64,000 nt of DNA, from the NCBI GenBank assembly GCA_965218975.1, contig OZ244717.1, positions 1,344,001 through 1,408,000 of the forward strand, read 5' to 3'. Position 1 is the first letter of the stretch; each line of letters opens with the position of its first letter. The position numbers and the translations under genes were made by a program. Of this stretch, positions 19,660 through 32,400 are shown piece after piece. A model generated the notes under the pieces. That model saw only the letters and a list, made by a program, of their open reading frames with translations. It was not told the DNA's origin and did not search any database. This DNA is from Candidatus Oxydemutatoraceae bacterium (GTDB lineage Bacteria > Pseudomonadota > Gammaproteobacteria > Poriferisulfidales > Oxydemutatoraceae).

Positions 19660-20288
19660 GAGATTGATGCGGCAAGGTGACGGATGCGGCGCGTTGGGAC
19701 GGTCTGCGCGCAATCCTCGCGCACGGCAACGAGGAGATGGCACCGCAGGAGTTGCTGTTGCAATATCGCTAGTTATGGGAAATAGAACATTGCTTTCGCG
19801 CCAACAAACATGACCTGCGCATCCACCCGATCTTTCACTGGAAGCCGCGGCGTATTCAGGCGCACATTGCGATCTGCTACATGGCCTTTTGCTGCTTGCA
19901 GCAGCTGTGTCGGCGGCTTAAGGCACTGGGCTTCCCGATGAGCGCGGAACGGATCCGGCGCGAGCTGGACACCTTGCAGTTGAGCATCTTGGTACATACC
20001 GACACATAGGAGCGGTATGCGATACCGAGCCGCGCGAGCGCGGACGCCAACAGGATCTACCGTAGCGTAGGTCTGAAATGGAACGAAAGCTCCGTTCCCG
20101 CTTCCGAGCAAGCTACGTCCTGGAGGAATCTGAGTGCGGTAGGGTTGCAAACAACACCGTAATATAGTGCCCCCTGAGGATCCTGAGGATAATGGCACAA
20201 TCACTCATGGGCAATCACTTACGAGCTAAAACCTATGAAGTCAAAAGCAATGATAGCGAAGTTCTGATCGGATTTTATCGAAGTCAAG
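19660..20288 (+). pseudogene. IS1634-family transposase C-terminal remnant with right end
   Basis: One frame reads WDGL...QYR*LWEIEHCFRANKHDLRIHPIFHWKPRRIQAHIAICYMAF with in-frame stops. The probable terminus is TCGAAGTCAAG at 20278-20288. Confidence 0.78.
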
Positions 20289-20454
20289 TTATAAACAAGG
20301 TATAACCGGAATAATACTGTCATCAGTCCTATATACAGATGGTATTATGTTTTTCACCCGACAGAAACAATGTTATAGTTCAATATATGAACTCGGTTTA
20401 AGTTTGTTCTTATAGCGATATGGGAGAGCAGGACTGGGTTTTTAGTATAATTTT

Positions 20455-23400
20455 TTAAGGTGAAATCCGCCGCGTCGGTCTTGCATTCCGGCGTTTCAAG
20501 ACCATCGCCGCCAAAATGATACCGACGAACAGAAGCAGCCACCACAAGCCGACCGCACCGCCGCCGCCGCCACCGACTCTTGCGACAAACTGCACCAACG
20601 CGCCCGGATCAAAGATAATCCCGTTGACTCTCCCGTCGGAGTCATTGACCGAACCGTCCTCAATTTCCAGCAGCAAACACTCATCGTCTGCGCGAACGCC
20701 GTCGGAGACCAAACGCCACGCATAGTCACTCAGACCGCCGCCCGCATCCGACTCGCGGCTGGCTTGCGCACTCGGACACGGCGCCGGCGCGCTGTAAATC
20801 TTATCGTTGCTACTCGTGTTGAATTCTGTCCAGCCGTCATCCGGTTGATACTTGTAGTAACGCGACCCTTCCTGCGCCGCCGCGGACAATTCAACCACGA
20901 CCGTCGCAACACCGCCGGTCAAATCGGCAGCGATGAAATCAAACACGCCGCTCTCTACCTCCGCAACTTCGCGACCGTCCGGTAACGGCGGAAGATTCAG
21001 AATCGCGTTGCTTGTGATACGCGCTACGCCGACGCTCGCTTCATCCGCTTGCTTGTAAGCGTAAAAACCGGTCAGCAATGTCCCCGTCGTTGCCAGCGTC
21101 AAGTCGGCATCAATCATGCCTAATTCATCCGCAACATCGCCGAGCGCATGAATACTTGCTGTCACTTCCTGATTCGTCGACATCATCACTTGAAAAATGT
21201 ACGGGCTGAAATCCGCATCTTCAAGCGAAATGACCCACTCTTCACCTTCACGGTCAGCAGCCTTAAGCTCATTGTCGCTCAAGTCGATGATCAATTCTCT
21301 TACCGCATCTTCGGACATGCCCGCCAACTCAAACATCGCCGTCGCTGTGCTATATACGAACACATCAACCATATAATCGTTCGTCAGCGTAATCGTCGTC
21401 ACTTGATCAAACACAATCAACTCCGCCGACAGTCCCGGGTCCACAGACTCAATCGGATTAATACTCGCCTCTTTTGCTTCAATCAATCTCAGCGCATTGT
21501 TGCCCAACGCAAATAGCTCGTGCATGGCGAGCATCGCTTCGGTGACCGCGTTCAAATCAGAATCGGCGCCGCTAAAAGCAACTCCGTTGATTGCCGTAAG
21601 CCGAAGAATATCTTCTGCTGACAACGCGTTGATGCTTACTGTGCCGCGCCCGTCTTCAAAAGGAACGCTCGGACTAACCACCGGATCAACCCCCGCTTCA
21701 AAATCAAGATTGATTGAGCTCGGCACATCGGCATCGTCCGACGTTAATAACAGCACGTCCGCCGCCGCGGTATCAGACGCAATCGCTTGCAAGCCGGAAG
21801 CGAATCCGAGCGGCGGCGCGACATAAATCTTTTGGCTTGTTGCCCGAACAATCAGGCCCTTGTCGTCTCTGACATCGGCCCAATACAACACGCTGCCGAA
21901 TACCGGCGCCTGAACCGTCGAGTCTTCCGCCAACGGCCCGGACAAAACATCGCAGTCGAATTGATACGACGGTTCGCTCGCCACAGAATCATTGACAATA
22001 CAAGCACGCAACGAAGGATTAAATCTGACCAATAAAGCAGTCGCATCAATGCTCGCGCCGTCGTTACGCTGGCCCGGAATGACGATATAGCGCCCGATTT
22101 CGGACGGAATCACTGCGCCCGGAGTGAAATTTCCGAGGACTGCCGGCGTCAAATCCGCAATGCGTTCAACCGGACTGACGTCGCTGATGATCGTGAGAGT
22201 TTTTTTACCGATTGTATCGGCGCCATGCAATGCGGTTAGTGTGATCGCTTCATCCGCCTCAATTTCCGTGTCGTCTGTTACCGTTATCGTCGCGGTTACC
22301 GAAGAGGCCCCCGCCGGCAAAGTCAACTCATACGGCGACGACAACGGCGAACCGTCGACCGATACCGTATAGTCGTCCTCAGGCGTTGCCGTGCCGAAAA
22401 ATTCCAACGTGATCGTTTGATCCTCAGCAAATACCGATTCGTTCGTGATCTCTAGCGTAATATCAATCGATTCGCCTTCGTCAATCGTTACCGCGCTCAC
22501 CGATAAATCCAACTCCGGCACCGCATCGTTGTCGATGATCGTAATCATTGCTTCGCCGATTGTGTCGGCACCATGTCGCGCGGTTAGTGTGATCGTCTCA
22601 TCCGCTTCGTCCGCTCGGTCGTCTGTCGTCATGATCGTTGCCGCTGCCGTAGATGCCCCTGCCGACAAAGTCAACTGATACGGTGACGACAGCGGAGAGT
22701 CGTCAACCGATACCATATAGTCAACCTCAGGCATCGCATCGCCGGTAAACTCTAACGCGATCGTTTGATCCTCAGCAAATACCGATTCGTTCGTGATCTC
22801 TAGCGTAATATCAATTGATTCGCCTTCGTCAATGGCAGTCGTGCTCACCGACAGAAACAATACCGGCGCCGCATCGTTGTCGATGATTGTAATCATTGCC
22901 TCGCCGATTGTGTCGGCACCATGTCGCGCGGTTATCATAATCATTTCATCCGCCTCGTCCGCTCGGTCGTCTGTCGTCATGATCGTTACCGCTGCCGTAG
23001 ATGCCCCCGCCAGCAAAGTCAACTCATACGGCGGCGACAGCAACGAACCTCCGACCATTACCGTATAGTCGTCCTCAGGCGTCGCCTCGCCGTCAAACTC
23101 TAACGTAATCGTTTGATTCTCGGCAAATACCGATTCGTTCGTGATCTCTAGCGTAATATCAACCGATGCTCCTTCATCAATGGCGGTCGCGCTCACCGAC
23201 AAATCCAACTCCGGCAGCGCATCGTTGTCGATGATCGTAATCGTTGCCTCGCCGATTATGTCGCCGTCATGCCGCGCGGTTATCTCAATCATTTCATCCG
23301 TCTCGTCCGCTTGGTCGTCTGTCGCCATGATCGTTGCGGTTACCGAAGACAACCCCGCCGGCAAAGTCAACTCATACGGCGACGACAGCAACGAACCTCC

Positions 23401-26400
23401 GACCATTACCGTATAGTCGTCCTCAGGCGTCGCCTCGCCGTCAAACTCTAACGTAATCGTTTGATTCTCGGCAAATACCGATTCGTTCGTGATTGCTAGC
23501 GTAATATCGCCCGATGCTCCTTCGTCGATGGTGGTCTCGCTCACCGACAAATCCAACTCCGGCGCCGCATCATCGTCAATGATCGTGATCGTTTCCTCGC
23601 CGATTGTGTCGCCTTCATGCCGCGCGGTTAGTGTGATCGTCTCATCCGCTTCGTCCACTCGGTCGTCTGTCGCCATGATCGTTGCGGTTACCGAAGACAA
23701 CCCCGCCGGCAAAGTCAACTCATACGGCGACGACAACGGCAAATCTCCGACCATTACCGTATAGTCGTCCTCAGGCATCGCATCGCCGGCAAACTCTAAC
23801 GTGATCGTTTGATCTTCGGCATATACCGACTCGTTCGTGATTCCCACTTCGATATCGGTCAATGCGCCTTCATTGATTGCGGTTGCACCGACCGTCAGAG
23901 ACAACACCGGCACATCATTATCGATGATCGTAATCGTCTGAGTCGTATCGCTGCCTATCGTAACGTCAGGGTCCGTCGTAGTTAATCGCAGCTCAATCGT
24001 CTCGGCTCCCTCAAACACCGCGTCGTCTGTTATCACTAAGCGGAATTCGACTGTTTTATCTGTCCGAAGATCAAACACATCATCGGCAATATACGGCGCA
24101 GGGAATGTAAGCGGTAACGCGAACGGATTGTCATCCATATCCGTGATAACGTAGTCTTCGCCGAACGTCGCCGTCCCCCCCAACTCAAGCGTCAGCGGAT
24201 ATCCTCTGTCAAGTAAATCACGCATCCGCTTCATCACAATCGGCACCGCGGTGTCTCTACTTTCACTGACACTACTCGGCAACATGTCTAAACTCCAGAT
24301 AGGAGGCGAATCGTTATCGACGATGGTAATCGTCGCTTCGCCCTGACCGATCACCACCTCATCGGCGGGATCCGATGCCATTACATCCCTAAGTCTCACC
24401 GAAAAGATTTCTTCGGTCTCGACAACCGCGTTATCAATAGTAGTAAACCTCTCAGATCTCAGCATTACGGTAGGAAAAAAGACAAGACCGCTACTACGCA
24501 ACCCATAATCCTCAATAAAAACCGCGCTGCCGTCGTGTGCATCGACCGTAACCGTTACATTGCCGCGCCGCGGTCTTTCGCCGCTCAGTCTGATCATGAC
24601 AACTGCCGTGCGGCCTTCATTGACCGTATACTCGGTCGGGTCGAACGAGATCGTGAACGGCCCGTCGTTGTCGTTCACCCGCACCTCGGCACTATTCTCA
24701 ATACCGACCACATAATCCACACCGTCGTTCACGGTAACCGTCACCGTGCTGTCGTCTTCTTCAAGCGTATCATCAATGGTGGCAAGGTTGAGCGCCGTTG
24801 TCGCAGAATCGGCAGCAAAAGTAATCGTATCAGGTGCTGCATCCGCAAGCACTCCGCCGGAATCATCTACCGTAATGTTCACTGTCAATGCCGGCGCATC
24901 CGTCCGGGTGAACGTGAACACCGCCGGCTCGCCTTCCGTGACCGTCGGGTCTTCTGCCGTAATCGTAATCGTCGTCGGCACATCAAGCACCGTCACCGTA
25001 ATCCCTTGTGCCGTCGTCAACGCCCGAGCGTCCGCGCCGCCGATTGCCGTCACGATGAGCATATAAACGTTATCCGTATCCGCATCCGCCGGATCCTCAT
25101 AGTCCGGTGTAGCGACAAAACTCAACTCGCCCGAAGACGAGTCGATTGCAAACAGGGCATCATCCGCACCGCCGGTAACCGAATACGTCACTTCGTCTTC
25201 TATGTTCGCATCCTCAGCCGTCACCGTGCCGACTACCGTCTCCCCTTCGTTGACCTCAAAACTTTCCGCACTGCTGAATACCGGTGCCACGTTGACGTCG
25301 TTGTCGACAACCCGCACCTCGGCACTATTCTCAATACCGATCCTATAGCCCACATCGTCTATGATGGTAACCGTCACTACGCTGTCGTCTTTTTCAAGCG
25401 TATCGTCGTCGGTGGCAAGACTGAGCTCCGCTGTCGCAGAATCGGCGTCAAAAGTAATCGTATCAGGTGCCGCTGCCGCAAGCACCCCGTCGGGATCATC
25501 TACCGTAATGTTCACTGTCAATACCGGCGCATCCGTCGCGTCGGTCCGCTCAAATACAAATACCGCCGACTCGCCTTCCGTTACCGTCGGCTCCGCCGCC
25601 GTAATCGTGACCGTCGTCGGCACATCAAGCACCGTCACCGTAATCCCTTGTGTCGTCGTCAACGTCCGAACGTCCGTGCCGCCGATTGCCACCACCGTGA
25701 GCATGTAGTTATTGTCTTCATCCGCATCCACCGGATTCTCATAGTCCGGTGCGGTTGTGAAGCTCAGTTCGCCCGAAGACGAGTCGATATCAAACAAGGC
25801 ATCATCCGCACCGCCGATAACCGAATACATCACCTCGTCTTCTATATTCGCATCCGCAGCCGTCACCGTGCCGACTACCGTCTCCCCTTCGTTGACCTCA
25901 AAACTTGCTGCACTGATGAATGCCGGCGCCACGTTGACGTCGTTGTCGACAACCCGCACCTCGGCACTATTCTCAATGCCGACCTCATAATTCATATGGG
26001 CACCAACGGTAACCGTCACCGTGCTGTCGTCTTCTTCAAGCGCGTCATCAATGGTGGCAAGGCTGAGCATCGCTGTCTCGGAAGCAGCTCCAGCAGCTCC
26101 AAAAGAAAGAGCAAAAGGCTTTGGAAGCACAAGCACTCCGCCGGGATCATCTACCGTAAAGAACACATTCAATTCCGACACATTCGTCGAGTCGGTCCGC
26201 TCAAACACGAACACCGCCGGCTCGCCTTCCGTTACCATCGGCTCTGCCGCCGTAATCGTAATCGTCGTAGGCACATCAAGCACCGTCACCGTAATCGCTT
26301 GCGTCGTCGTCAACGCCCGAGCGTCCGTGCCGCCGGCCGCCGTCACGATGAGCATATAAACGTTATCCGTATCCGCATCTGCCGGATTCTCATAGTCCGG

Positions 26401-29400
26401 TGCAGTTGTGAAGCTCAGTTCGCCCGAAGACGAGTCGATATCAAACAGGGCATCATCCGCACCGCCGGTAATCGAATACGTTACCTCGTCTTGCGGGTTC
26501 GCATCCTCAGCCGTCATCGTGCCGACTACCGTCTCCCCTTCGTTGACCTCAAAACTTACCGCATCGCTGAAGACCGGCGCCACGTTGACGTCGTCGTCAT
26601 CGACAATGGTCACCGTCGCTTCGCCCTGACCGATCATCCCCATATCGTCTTCATGCATCGCGGTTACACCGGAAATCCTCACCGAAAAGCTTTCTTCGGT
26701 TTCGACAGCCATGTCATCGACAATCCGAATCATCGTATTAGCTACCTGGGATGAGCCAGACCCAAAAAATCTAATCGCAAAATTACGAGGGGTATAATCC
26801 TCAGAGGCAACTGCGCTGTCGTCGCTTGTCACGACAGTCACGTCAACATTGCCGCGTGGTGGTCGTTCGCCGATCAGTGTGAGCGTGAGTTCAACCTGCC
26901 CGTCACTTTCATTGACCGTATACTCGGTCGGATTGAACGAGGCCGTGAACGTCGCTACGTCGGCATCATTGTCGGTGATCGTAATTGTTTCTTCGCCGAT
27001 TGTGTCGCCTTCATGCCGCGCGGTAATCGTAATCGTTTCATCCGCCTCAGCCGTCATGTCGTCTGTTGCCGTTATCGTCGCGGTTACCGAAGAGGCCCCC
27101 GCCGACAAAGTCAACTCATACGGCGACGACAACGGCGAACCGTCGACCGATACCGTATAGTCGTCCTCAGGCATCGCATCGCCGGTAAACTCTAACGCAA
27201 TCGTTTGATCCTCAGCAAATACCGATTCGTTCGTGATCTCTAGCGTAATATCAATCGATTCGCCTTCGTCAATCGTTACCGCGCTCACCGATAAATCCAA
27301 CTCCGGCACCGCATCATCGTCGATGATCGCAATCGTTTCCGTGCCGATTATGTCGGCGCCATGCCGCGCGGTTATCTCAATGGTTTCATCATCCGCCTCA
27401 TGCACTCGGTCGTCTGTTGCCGTTATCGTCGCGGTTACCGAAGAGGCCCCCGCCGGCAAAGTCAACTCATACGGCGACGACAACGGCGAACCGTCGACCG
27501 ATACCGTATAGTCGTCCTCAGGCATCGCATCGCCGGTAAACTCTAACGCAATTGTTTGATCTTCGGCATATACCGACCCGGTCGCGGTCGTCATCACTGT
27601 AATATCAACCGATGCCCCTTCGTCGATAACAGTCGCACCGACCGACAGAGACAATACCGGCGTCGTATCGTTGTCGATGAGCGTGATTGTCTGCGTCGTA
27701 TCGTCCCCGTCCCTCACCGTAGCGGCCGGGTGGCTCGTAGTTAAGCGTAACTCAATCGTCTCATCCGCTTCATACACCGTGTCATCCGTCACCACTAAGC
27801 GCAACCTTAACTCTCGTATATGTATACTACCCTCATCATCACGCCCATCCATGAACTCAATCGGTCGCATCAAACGGTCGCCTTTCGTGAACGGCAGCGT
27901 TCTCGATCCTATATCCCTCCCGCTGACAAACTCTATTATATAATCCTCCTCGAACGTCGCCGTTCCCCCCACCTCAAGCATAATTGTATAAATCCCATCG
28001 AAAAGCCCTTCTCCCTGACCCAACCGGATTGAAACCGTATTCATGCCCGTGCTTTCATTAACGGTACTAGGCAATTCCTGCAAATAATTCCACCTAGGAC
28101 CTACACCGTCATCGACGATAGTCACCGTCGCTTCGCTGCGACCCCGATCAATCACGACCGTATCGTCGGAATGCGCCGCTGTTCCATCCGTAATAACCAC
28201 CGAAAAGCTCTGATCATCGAGGGTCAAAATGTTGTCATTGACAATCTCAGCCGTCACCGTTTGCGATAACTCGGTCACGCCTACTTCGGGTGAAAAGACG
28301 ACTTCCGCATTATCAAAGGGTCGATAATCCTCCAAAATATCCGCGCTGCCTTCGCGTGTCGAGACAGTAACGGTCACTTTATCCTGCGGCGCACGCCCGA
28401 CGCCGGTCAGTCTGAGCGTGAGTTCAACCCGCCCATCGCTTTCATTGACCGTATATTCACTCGGGTTAAACGTCAGAATGAATACCGCCGTCGCGGAGCT
28501 CGGTGTCGCCGTGACTTGTGCGGCTGCGCCGTTGCCCGCTGCGCTGACCGTACGCACTTCAAATGTGTATTCCGTGTCGTTGGTCAAATCGGTTACGATT
28601 TGAGTCCTGACCTCACTCGTCGCATCGCCGGCGGCATTCCATTCCTGAGCCTCAATCGTTCCGGCGTCGCTACTCACACGATATTCGTAATGGTCAATCG
28701 GCGCAGTACCGGGGTCGGCAGGCGCATCCCAACTTAGGATCGCGTGCGTATCGCCCGCCGCGGCTGCTAACTCCGCCGGCGCATCGGGCACGACATCGTT
28801 GTCGATGAGCGTGATTGTCTGCGTCGTATTATCTGTGAAAACAGCCGGGTGCGTTGTGGTCAACCGTATCTCAATCGTCTCGTCGCCCTCAAACACCGCG
28901 TCGTTCATTACCACCAAACTAAATGTGACTATTCTATCTGATGGACCACCAACTATAGTCGGCGCAGTGAATGTAAGTGGTAGCGCGAACGGATTGTCCT
29001 GCATATTCGTGATGACGTAGTCTTCGCCGAATGTTGCCGTCCCCCCCAACTCAAGCGTCAGCAGATGTCCCTGGTCACTATGATGCATCCGTCTCATCAC
29101 AATCGGCACCACTGTGTCCATACTTTCACCGACAGTACTCGGTAACATGTCCAAACTCCAGATAGGAGACGGATCGTCATTGACGATAGTCACCGTCGCT
29201 TCGCTCCGATTCGGATCAATCACGACCGTATCATCGGAATGCGCCGCCGACACATCATCAATAACCACCGAAAAGAACTCATCATCAAAGATCTCATCAC
29301 CGTGTTCTTGAATTATATCATTGACAATCTGAATCGTCACCGTTTGCAACAACTCGGTCATGCCTGCTCCGGGGAAAAAGACGACTTCCTCATTGTTAAG

Positions 29401-32400
29401 GGCTACATAATCCTCGAAAATCTCCGCGCTGCCGTCGCGTGTCGAGACAAAAACGGTCACATTATCCTGCGGCGCACGCCCGACGCTGCTCAGTTTAAGC
29501 GTGAGAGTGACCGCAGCATTAGTACCACGTCCGCCTCCGGCGTCTTCAGCGATCGTATACTCGGTCGGATCAAACATCAGGATGAATACCGCCGTCGCGG
29601 AGCTCGGTGTCGCCGTGACTTGTGCGGCTGCGCCGTTGCCCGCTGCGCTGACCGCACGCACTTCAAATGTGTATTCCGTGTCGTTGGTCAAATCGGTTAC
29701 GATTTGAGTCCTGATTTCACTCGTCGCATCGTCGGCGACATTCCATTCCTGAGCCTCAATCGTTCCGGCGTCGCTGCTCGCGCGATATTCGTAATGGTCG
29801 ATCGGTGCAGTACCGGGGTCGGCAGGCGCATCCCAACTTAGGACCGCGTGCGTGTCGCCCGCCGCGGCTGCTAACTCCGCCGGCGCACCGGGTACGGCAT
29901 CGTTGTCGACAACACGCACCGAAGCACTGTTCTCAATACCGATCCTATAGCCCACATCGTCTATGATGGTAGCCGTCACTACGCCGTCGGCTTCATCAAG
30001 CAAATCGTCATCGGTGGAAAGACTAAAAAACACCGCTGTCGCAGAACCGGCAGCAAAAGTCACCATGCCCGATCTGTCAGCATCGTCTATCATAACCCTA
30101 ACGTCCACCGTTAATTCCGCATCCGTCGGCGTTGTCCGATTCAACACGAACACCGCAACCTCGCCTTCCGTTACCGACGGCTCGTCCGCAAAAATCGTTA
30201 TTACCGGCAAACTGTCATCCGCATCAAGTACTTCGACGGTAATCACTTGCATCGTCGTCAATGCCCGATCACCCGTGCCGCCGATTGCCGCCACCGTGAG
30301 CATGTATGCATTGTCTCCGTCCGCATCCGTCGGATTCTCATAGTTCGGTGCGGTTGTGAAGCTCAGTTCGCCAGAAGACGAATCTATGGTGAACAGGGCA
30401 TCATCCGCACCGCCGGTAATCGAATACATCACCTCGTCTTGCGGGTTCGCATCCGCAGCCGTCACCATGCCGACTACTATCAGGCCCTCTTCAACCTCAA
30501 AACTTGCTGCACTGATGAATACCGGCGCCTCGTTATCAATGATTGTGATCGTTTCCTCGCCGATTGTGTCGTCATCATGCCGCGCGGTTAGTGTAATCGT
30601 CTCATCTCCCTCAGCCGTCATGTCGTCTATTAGCGCCATGATCGTTGCGTTTAGCGCAGATTCTCCCGCCGTTAAAGTCAACTCGTACGGCGGTAACAGC
30701 GGCGAACCGTCGACCGATACCGTATAGTCGTCCTCAGGCATCGCATCGCCGGTAAACTCTAACGCAATCGTTTGATCCTCAGCAAATACCGATTCGTTCG
30801 TGATCTCTAGCGTAATATCAATCGATTCGCCTTCGTCAATCGTTACCGCGCTCACCGATAAATCCAACTCCGGCACCGCATCGTTGTCGATGAGTGTGAT
30901 CGTCTGCGTCGTAGCGTCGTCTATCAGGATCTTCGGCTCGGTCGTGCTCAAGCGTATCTCAATCGTCTCCTCACCCTCAAACACCCTATCGTCCGTTATT
31001 ATCAGGCGGGCTTCAAGCATTGTTTGGTTTTGCGCTACATCGAATGTAGGCGGCGACGCCAACGGATTGCCGTCTATATCCGTGATGACGTAGTCGTCGC
31101 TGAACGTCGCCGTCCCTCCCAGCTCAAGCGTCAGCGAATACCCGCGGTTAGTATCAGAATTAACAATCGACACGCGCCTCATCTCAATCGACACGGTGCC
31201 CGTGCTTTCACCGACAGGACTCGGCAACGGGTCCAATACCCAAATCGGTGGGCCGCCGTCATCGACGATGATAACCGTCGCTTCACCTCGATCAATCATG
31301 ACCGTATCGCCGGAAGCCGCCGCCGTTACATCGTTAATAACCACCGAAAAGATCTCGTCATCTAACTCAAAAACGATGTCATTGACAATCTGAACCGTCA
31401 CCGTTTGCGTTAACTCGGTCACGCCCTCTTCGGGTTCAAAGACAACCGTCGCATTCTCAATAGCCACATAATCCTGAGGAGTGACCGCGCTGCCGTCGCG
31501 TGTCGAGACAGTAACGGTTACATCATCTTGCAGCGCACGCCCTTCGCCGATCAGTCTGAGCGTGAGAGTTACCCTCTGGTCACTTTCAGTGAGCGTATAT
31601 TCGCTCGGGTCAAACGTCAGAGTGAATACCGCCGTCTCGGAACTCGGTGTCGCCATGATTTGCGCGGCTGCACCGTTGCCCGCCGCGCTGACCGCGCGTA
31701 CTTCAAATGTGTATTCCGTGTCGTTGCTTAAGCTCGATGCGATTTGAGTTCTGACTTCGCCCGTCGCATCGCCGGCGGCATTCCATTCCTGAGCCTCAAT
31801 CGTTCCGGCGTCACTGCTCGCGCGATATTCGTAACGCTCAATCGGCGCAGTGCCGGGGTCGGCAGGCGCTTCCCAACTCAGGTCCACAGTGCCGTTGCCC
31901 GTTGTCGCCGTCAGTGCCGTCGGTGCGCCGGGTACGGCATCGTTGTCGACAACCCGCACCGAAGCACTGTTCTCAATGCCGACCTCATAATCCGCACCGT
32001 CTATGATGGTAACCGTCACTACGCCGTCGGCTTCGTCAAGCGTATCGTCGTCGGTGACAAGGTTGAGCACCGCTGTCGCAGAATCGGCAGCAAAAGTCAC
32101 CATACTAGGCGTTCCGGTATTCGCAGTCGCCGCACGCACTCCGTCGGGATCATCTATCGTAATGTTCACCGTCAATGCCGGCGCATCTGTCGCGTCGGTC
32201 CGCTCAAATACGAATACCGCCGGCTCGCCTTCCGTGACCATCGGTTCTGCCGCCGTAATCGTGACCGTCGTAGGCACATCAAGCACCGTCACCGTAATCA
32301 CTTGCATCGTTGTCAATGCCCGATCACCCGTGCCGCCGATTGCCGCCACCGTAAGCATGTAAACGTTATCCGTATCTGCCGGATTCTCATAGTTCGGTGC

